DNA from: Candidatus Obscuribacteraceae bacterium
Lineage (GTDB): Bacteria > Cyanobacteriota > Vampirovibrionia > Obscuribacterales > Obscuribacteraceae
Direction: 5' to 3'
DNA length: 64,000 nucleotides
Assembly: GCA_044229845.1 (NCBI GenBank)
Contig: JBGASG010000010.1
Location: 125,462-189,461, forward strand
Below are positions 57,997-64,000 of the stretch, piece after piece. The notes beneath the pieces were generated by a model. It searched no databases and was not told the origin of the DNA. It saw nothing but the letters and a program-made list of their open reading frames with translations. The first letter of the stretch is position 1. The number at the start of each line of letters is the position of its first letter. The translations under genes and the position numbers were made by a program.

Positions 57997-59163
57997 CTAT
58001 TTTGTCGCCAGCGTTCTCGTGCGGATTTTGGAAAGCGCGGTATCCAGATCGTGTATCAGGTCTTCCGCGTCTTCGATGCCGACCGACAAACGCACCAGAG
58101 TGTCGGTGATGCCACGCGCTTCTCGCTCTTCCTTGGGGATGCTGGCATGCGTCATGGTCGCCGGATGCCCGATCAAAGACTCGACGCCGCCGAGGCTTTC
58201 AGCCAGGGCAAACAGCTTGGTGTGATTGAGCAGCGCTTTGGCATCTTCGATAGTGCCCTTCACCATCAGCGATACCATACCGCCGAATCCTTCCATTTGC
58301 GACTTGGCCAGATCATGCTGCGGGTGCGAGGGAAGCCCCGGATAAATGACTTTCTCTACAGAAGGATGTTTGTCGAGAAACTGGGCAACGGCGAGCGCAT
58401 TTTTCTCATGCTGCTGCATGCGAATCGCCAGGGTCTTCAAACCACGCAGAACCAGCCAGGAATCAAACGGTCCGGGCACGGCTCCGACAGCATTCTGGTG
58501 GAACTTGAGAGTTTCGTACAGGTCTTCATTGCTGGTGATGATGGCACCACCGACGACATCGCTGTGCCCGCCCAGATATTTGGTCGTGCTATGAACTACG
58601 ACATCGACTCCCATATCCAGCGGTTTCTGGAAATAAGAACTGGCGAAAGTGTTGTCGACGACGCTGATCAGTTTCTTGGCTTTCGCCAGTTTTACAAACG
58701 CTTTGATGTCAGCCAGGCGCAGCATCGGGTTGGTCGGCGTTTCCAGCCAGATCATCTTGGTGTTTGGCTTGCAGGCTTTCTCGGCATTGGCCACATCGCG
58801 AGAATCTATGAATGTGAACTCGACGCCGTAACGCTTGAAGACCTTGTCGAAGATTCTGTAGGTGCCTCCGTACACGTCATCGCCAACCACCACATGATCG
58901 CCCTGCGAAAGCAAGTTCATCACCGTGTTGGTAGCAGCCAGTCCGGAGGCAAATGCCAATCCGAACTTGCCATTCTCCAGAGACGCCAGACACGATTCCA
59001 GAGCGCTGCGGGTCGGGTTTTGCGTGCGGGCATACTCAAAACCCTTGTGCTTGCCCAGCTCGTCCTGAACGTAAGTGGAAGTCTGGTAGATGGGCGTAAT
59101 GATCGCTCCGGTGGCGGGATCTGCATCCTGTCCAACGTGAATGGCTTTAGTTGAGAATTTCAC
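57997..59163 (-). CDS. Cystathionine gamma-lyase/synthase (Cys/Met PLP-dependent enzyme)
   Basis: YARTQNPT, YGGT, ETPTNP, DNTF, HSTTKYLGGHSD, SLGGVESL; GTG start 59163. Confidence 0.95.
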   Translation of the reverse strand: MKFSTKAIHVGQDADPATGAIITPIYQTSTYVQDELGKHKGFEYARTQNPTRSALESCLASLENGKFGLAFASGLAATNTVMNLLSQGDHVVVGDDVYGGTYRIFDKVFKRYGVEFTFIDSRDVANAEKACKPNTKMIWLETPTNPMLRLADIKAFVKLAKAKKLISVVDNTFASSYFQKPLDMGVDVVVHSTTKYLGGHSDVVGGAIITSNEDLYETLKFHQNAVGAVPGPFDSWLVLRGLKTLAIRMQQHEKNALAVAQFLDKHPSVEKVIYPGLPSHPQHDLAKSQMEGFGGMVSLMVKGTIEDAKALLNHTKLFALAESLGGVESLIGHPATMTHASIPKEEREARGITDTLVRLSVGIEDAEDLIHDLDTALSKIRTRTLATK

Positions 59164-59200
59164 TTGCTTACCTTTTGTGTACTGCGGGGTGTAACCAGGG

Positions 59201-60631
59201 CTACAGCTTAACCGCCATCGGCGTGCTTGACTCTGTGGTCGAGCTGCCTCCGGAGCTGTTGCGGGTGGAGATGAACTCACGCAAGTGAGCCATCATGTCA
59301 AACTTAGTGAGAACACCGACGGCGCGGTTTTCATCGGTTACCACTACCAGCGGTGTGCCGAGGCGGAAAGCTTTGTAGACCTGCTCGATTTCCGTGTTCT
59401 TCTCGTATTGCGGGAATGGTCTGCCCATCACCGAGTTGATCGGCACTGTTGATGGATCTTTGCGCTCGTAGACTACTTGCATCGTGATTACGTCGTTGAG
59501 CGAGCCGACACTCTGCCCGCCTTCCGCGACCACCGGCAACTGGTCGATTTGATACTCCTGCATCAGTTCGATGCCGCGCTGCACGGGATCGCCCGGCTTA
59601 ACGGTGACCATGGTGGGAATCTTGCTGCGCTTGGCTTTGCGCTCGAGCAGATCGCTTACATAGAAGCTCGACTCGGATGAAGGCATAAAGCCATTAGCGC
59701 GCATCCATTCGTCGGAGAACATCTTGCTCAGGTAACCGCGTCCGCCATCGGGCAGCAGCACGACCATTACGTCTTTGTCGCTCAATTGCTGGGCGACACC
59801 GAGCGCAGCGTGCATGGCCGTGCCGGACGAGCCGCCGACCAGAATGCCTTCTTCACGAGCCAGGCGGCGCGCCATAACAAACGAGTCTTTGTCGCCGACG
59901 CGAATAATCTCATCGATTAGCTTCAGGTCGACATTGCGCGGAATGAAGTCTTCCCCGATGCCTTCCACTTTGTAGGCGCCGGGCATGTCGCCGGAGTATA
60001 TTGACCCTTCAGGGTCGACACCGATGACTTTGATCTTCGGGTTCTTTTCTTTGAGATAACGACCGATACCGCAGATGGTGCCACCAGTGCCGACGCCGGC
60101 CACAAAGTGGGTGATCTTGCCCTCCGTGGCTTCCCAGATCTCAGGTCCGGTGCTGCCAATATGGGCTTGCGGGTTGTTGGGATTGGCAAACTGGTTGGGT
60201 TGGAAAGCGCCGGGAATTTCGTTGGTCAGTTTGTTGGCTACCGAGTAATAGCTTTCCGGCGAAGCGGCAGTGACGCTGGTCGGCACAATCACCACTTCAG
60301 CGCCATAGGCCTTCAATAGATTGATCTTCTCTTGCGCGACTTTGTCGGGCACAACCAGTATGCAGCGATAGCCTTTAACAGCGGCAATCTGCGCCAGTCC
60401 GGTACCGGTGTTGCCGGAGGTCGGCTCGATAATCGTGCCGCCCGGCTTCAACAAACCTTCGCGCTCGGCCGCCTCAATCATTTTTAAAGCGGGTCTGTCT
60501 TTGACAGATCCGCCCGGATTGAAGGCCTCGACTTTCGCCAGCACGAGCGGCTTCAGCCCGGCTGCCAATTTGTTGATCTTGACCAGGGGCGTGTGTCCGA
60601 CGGTCTCCAAAATGGAATTGGAATACTTCAC
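59201..60631 (-). CDS. cbs: Cystathionine beta-synthase with C-terminal CBS domains
   Basis: NPGGSVKDR, EPTSGNTG, GVGTGGT, VEGIGED, PDGGRGYLSK plus CBS pair; GTG start behind GGAGG. Confidence 0.93.
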   Translation of the reverse strand: MKYSNSILETVGHTPLVKINKLAAGLKPLVLAKVEAFNPGGSVKDRPALKMIEAAEREGLLKPGGTIIEPTSGNTGTGLAQIAAVKGYRCILVVPDKVAQEKINLLKAYGAEVVIVPTSVTAASPESYYSVANKLTNEIPGAFQPNQFANPNNPQAHIGSTGPEIWEATEGKITHFVAGVGTGGTICGIGRYLKEKNPKIKVIGVDPEGSIYSGDMPGAYKVEGIGEDFIPRNVDLKLIDEIIRVGDKDSFVMARRLAREEGILVGGSSGTAMHAALGVAQQLSDKDVMVVLLPDGGRGYLSKMFSDEWMRANGFMPSSESSFYVSDLLERKAKRSKIPTMVTVKPGDPVQRGIELMQEYQIDQLPVVAEGGQSVGSLNDVITMQVVYERKDPSTVPINSVMGRPFPQYEKNTEIEQVYKAFRLGTPLVVVTDENRAVGVLTKFDMMAHLREFISTRNSSGGSSTTESSTPMAVKL

Positions 60632-60789
60632 CGCTGTTGGGCCTCCATTACAATAGTCCCGGATTACGCTCTGAGAGATATCCTCGAAATGCAAATTATA
60701 TCGATGTTTTGGGCATTTCCCCGATAATATGCAGTAAATGAGCGCCGCATGAAACGCGCATCAGGTGGTTTCCACGGGGTTTTAAAACT

Positions 60790-62349
60790 ATGGCCGATGA
60801 AAAGTACATCTTCAAGCCTCAAGACCTGGCGAGCTTCTCGCCGGCTGCGGCGCTTGGACAGCCCGGACAGTTCCCCTACACGCGCGGCGTGCATGCGGAC
60901 ATGTACCGCTCCAAGCACTGGACGATGCGCCAGTATGCCGGGTTCGGGTCCGCTGAAGAAACCAACGAGCGCTTTCGCTATCTCTTGGCAAACGGACAGA
61001 CTGGATTGTCGGTCGCCTTCGATCTCCCTACACAGATGGGCTACGACAGTGACGACCCGATGTGCAACGGCGAAGTAGGCAAGACCGGCGTCGCCATCGA
61101 CAGCCTCGAAGATATGGAACGCCTCTTTCAGGACATCGATCTCGCGCGCGTCTCGACATCGATGACCATCAACGCCACCAGCAGCATTTTGCTCAGCATG
61201 TACCGGGCGGTCGGCATGAAACAGGGCGTGCCGGCCAACAAACTGCGCGGGACAATACAAAACGATATCCTCAAAGAGTACGAAGCGCGCAACACCTACA
61301 TCTTTCCGCCGGCACAGTCCATGCGTTTGATCACCAACATCTTCGCTTACTGCGCAGAAGAAATGCCGCTCTGGAACACCATCTCCATCAGCGGCTACCA
61401 TATTCGTGAAGCGGGAGCGACTGCCGTTCAAGAGTTGGCATTCACATTCGCCAACGCCTGCGCCTACGTGAAAGCGGCAATTGAGAGCGGACTGGACGTA
61501 GACACCTTCGCTCCCCAGCTCTCATTCTTCTTTGTCGCCCAAATGGATCTCTTTGAAGAGGTGGCTAAGTTTCGTGCCGCTCGCCGCATCTGGGCGCACA
61601 TAATGAAGGATCGCTTCGGCGCCAAAAACCCGAAATCGATGATGCTGCGGTATCACGTGCAGACTGCCGGTTCCAGTCTCACACAGCAGCAGCCGGACAA
61701 CAACATCATCCGCACAGCCATCGAAGCGATGGCTGCCGTGCTGGGCGGCGCGCAATCGCTGCACACCAACTCAAAGGATGAAGCGCTCGCCTTGCCGACA
61801 CCGGCATCGGCTCTGACGGCTCTGCGCACTCAACAAATCATAGCCCAGGAAACTGGTGTCACCAACGTTGTCGATCCATTCGGTGGTTCTTATTTCATCG
61901 AAGACCTGACAAACAAGGTGGAGAAGGAAGTCTACGATTACTTAGAACGCATCGACAAGATGGGCGGCGCCATCGCCGCCATCGAAGCCGGCTACATTCA
62001 GAAAGAGATTCAGGAATCGGCGTTCAACTATCACACCAGCGTTGAAAGCAAACATCGCGTGGTGGTCGGCGTCAATGAATTCATCGATCAGGTGCCGGAA
62101 GCAATTCCAATTCAGCGCGTCGACCCGGCAATTGAGAAGAAACAGAAAGAAAAACTGGCGAAGCTCAAAGCGTCTCGCGACAACAAGCTGGTCACCGACA
62201 AGTTGGCGAAACTGGAAGAAGCCGCCAAAGGCGATACGAACCTGATCCCGCTGATTGCCGATGCGGTCGAATCTTATGCCACCGTCGGCGAGATCAGCAA
62301 CACCATGCGCCGCGCGTTCGGCAAGTTTCGTCCCCCGCAAACGCTCTAA
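60790..62349 (+). CDS. Methylmalonyl-CoA mutase, stand-alone substrate-binding subunit
   Basis: [41 protein letters not shown]; no DxHxxG B12-binding domain. Confidence 0.92.
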   Translation: MADEKYIFKPQDLASFSPAAALGQPGQFPYTRGVHADMYRSKHWTMRQYAGFGSAEETNERFRYLLANGQTGLSVAFDLPTQMGYDSDDPMCNGEVGKTGVAIDSLEDMERLFQDIDLARVSTSMTINATSSILLSMYRAVGMKQGVPANKLRGTIQNDILKEYEARNTYIFPPAQSMRLITNIFAYCAEEMPLWNTISISGYHIREAGATAVQELAFTFANACAYVKAAIESGLDVDTFAPQLSFFFVAQMDLFEEVAKFRAARRIWAHIMKDRFGAKNPKSMMLRYHVQTAGSSLTQQQPDNNIIRTAIEAMAAVLGGAQSLHTNSKDEALALPTPASALTALRTQQIIAQETGVTNVVDPFGGSYFIEDLTNKVEKEVYDYLERIDKMGGAIAAIEAGYIQKEIQESAFNYHTSVESKHRVVVGVNEFIDQVPEAIPIQRVDPAIEKKQKEKLAKLKASRDNKLVTDKLAKLEEAAKGDTNLIPLIADAVESYATVGEISNTMRRAFGKFRPPQTL

Positions 62350-62366
62350 AGCGCGACGCGCCGAAA

Positions 62367-63965
62367 TCAAGAGGCGTCGGCGTCATCGGCATCCGCTGCA
62401 GCGTCGTCCGTATCGGCTGCGTCGGCAAGGCGGGGGTCCAGTTCCATGGCGCGTTGCATGTCGGTGCGGGCCGCGTTTTCGTTTCCCAGCTTGGCGCTGG
62501 CCAGCCCTCGCAAGTAATAGGCTTCGGCGAAGTCGTGCTTCAAGTCGATCGCCTTTGAGTAATCACCGACCGACTTTTCGAACTCGCCTTTGTCGGCGTG
62601 CACTGTGCCCAGATTGAAATGCACTTCCGGCGCATCGTGGTGTTGGTCCAGCGCCTCGCTTAAGCGGGCGATGGCGTCGTCGTGCCGGCCTTCCTGCACG
62701 AGAGCCGTGCTCAGGTTGCAGTAATGCATGACGTTGTCTGGATTGATTTCGATGGCGGTTTCGAAGTCCTTGATGGCTTCTTCGTAGTTGCCTGACTGGT
62801 AGTGCAAGGCACCGCGCTTGGCATACGCATCGTCCGATTCTTTGAGTGCCACCATTTTCTCGACATCTTGAATCGCCTGGTCCATTTTGCCCAGCTTGCG
62901 ATAGACGGCGGCGCGCTGCGAATAAGCTTCTTCCAGGGTTGAATCCAGGCGGATGGCTTCAGTGAAGTGATCGATCGCACTTTCATCTTCACCGAGTATG
63001 GAGTACAGAGCGCCACAATGCACTCGCGCCTCCGCCAGTCGCGGATTGAGGCGAATCACCTGCTCCAGGTCGTCGACTGCTTTCTGTGTTTCTCCAGTTT
63101 GCGCATAAGCGGCAGCGCGATTGACGAAAATCTTGAAGTTGGTCGGGTCTAATTCCGCCGCGCGATTTAAGTCATGAATGGCGCGCGGCACTTTGCCGTT
63201 TCTGATCAGAGCGATTGCGCGGTGCAAAAGCGCCGCCGGAAAGTCAGCCTTCAACTTGACCGATTGCTCGAAGTCTTCCAGGGCGGCATCATGCTCACCC
63301 AGTTCGTCGCGCGCCACGCCGCGCACGAAATATGCTTCAGCGAAATTTGGATTGATGCGCAAGACCTGATTGCAATCAGCAATTGCTTCCTGGAACTTGC
63401 CCAGTTCGCTGTAGCAAAAGCCCCTGTGCCAGTAGGCGTTCAGGTTGTCCGGCTGCGAAACAATTGCTTCGTCGAGGTCGGCAATCGCTCGTCGGTATTG
63501 TCGCAACGAACTGTACGCCTGCCCGCGCATCAAAAGCGAATTGGCATCGCCGGGAGCCAGCTGCAACGCGATGTTGAAGTTGTCGATCGCCAGTTCGTGC
63601 TCAGCCAGCTCGCCATACGCAAAGCCTCGCCCAAAGTAGGCTTCAACAAATTCCGGCGACAGGCGAATCGCCTCGTGATAATCGTTGATCGCTTCTTCGA
63701 AATGTTTGAGCTGCGCATGGCAGAGGGCGCGACGGTAGTGCGCGTTGGCGCGCTCGGGCTGCAAGCGAATCACCTGGGTGAAGTCACCGACCGCATCTTC
63801 ATAGGCTGCGTTGATGCTGTTGGCTAAACCACGCAAATAGTGAGCTTCTACTAATTCTGGATCCAGACCGATGGACCGATTGAAGGCATGCAACGCTCTT
63901 TTCGGATCGCCACTTTCCAGATAGCCGATGCCTCGCTTAAGATGCTCGAGTGCCTTTAGATTCAT
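62367..63965 (-). CDS. All-TPR repeat protein (about 14 repeats)
   Basis: Regular 34-aa repeats of the form AY..RG.....G....AI.D...AI.L.P. Confidence 0.92.
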   Translation of the reverse strand: MNLKALEHLKRGIGYLESGDPKRALHAFNRSIGLDPELVEAHYLRGLANSINAAYEDAVGDFTQVIRLQPERANAHYRRALCHAQLKHFEEAINDYHEAIRLSPEFVEAYFGRGFAYGELAEHELAIDNFNIALQLAPGDANSLLMRGQAYSSLRQYRRAIADLDEAIVSQPDNLNAYWHRGFCYSELGKFQEAIADCNQVLRINPNFAEAYFVRGVARDELGEHDAALEDFEQSVKLKADFPAALLHRAIALIRNGKVPRAIHDLNRAAELDPTNFKIFVNRAAAYAQTGETQKAVDDLEQVIRLNPRLAEARVHCGALYSILGEDESAIDHFTEAIRLDSTLEEAYSQRAAVYRKLGKMDQAIQDVEKMVALKESDDAYAKRGALHYQSGNYEEAIKDFETAIEINPDNVMHYCNLSTALVQEGRHDDAIARLSEALDQHHDAPEVHFNLGTVHADKGEFEKSVGDYSKAIDLKHDFAEAYYLRGLASAKLGNENAARTDMQRAMELDPRLADAADTDDAAADADDADAS

Positions 63966-64000
63966 GTTACTCAGTTTGCTCTGCTCGGATGCCGGTAGTG

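Overview
Bacterial chromosomal window with about 45 CDSs. I found no rRNA, tRNA, CRISPR array or transposase. The MetH/LepA sequence style and six Hanks-type Ser/Thr kinases plus many TPR proteins suggest a non-photosynthetic cyanobacterial relative (Vampirovibrionia/Melainabacteria); this is inference only. 0.8-20.6 kb: surface-glycan genes (GT2, DegT aminotransferase, NAD epimerase, GT4, two divergent MBOAT+SGNH-like pairs, an OafA-like acyltransferase), an APC permease and kinases. 25.5-33.0 kb, the most interesting part: a three-unit tandem array. Each unit has a protein with a shared, unrecognised N-terminal region and an exchangeable C-terminal enzyme domain (JAB/MPN-like in unit 1, caspase/C80-like in units 2 and 3). 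Each is followed by a multi-TM partner gene and a convergent gene that is intact only in the last unit. This looks like a polymorphic toxin/effector-immunity locus with an undescribed N-terminal carrier. Nearby are vWA, vapBC, SuFu-family and lepA genes. 40-64 kb: methionine/sulfur/B12 genes (HMT-MTHFR, metH with a structured leader that may be a riboswitch, CBS-CGL, split methylmalonyl-CoA mutase), a two-component pair, TPR proteins, kinases and a TadE-like pilin. All family calls come from motifs read by eye, not database searches.
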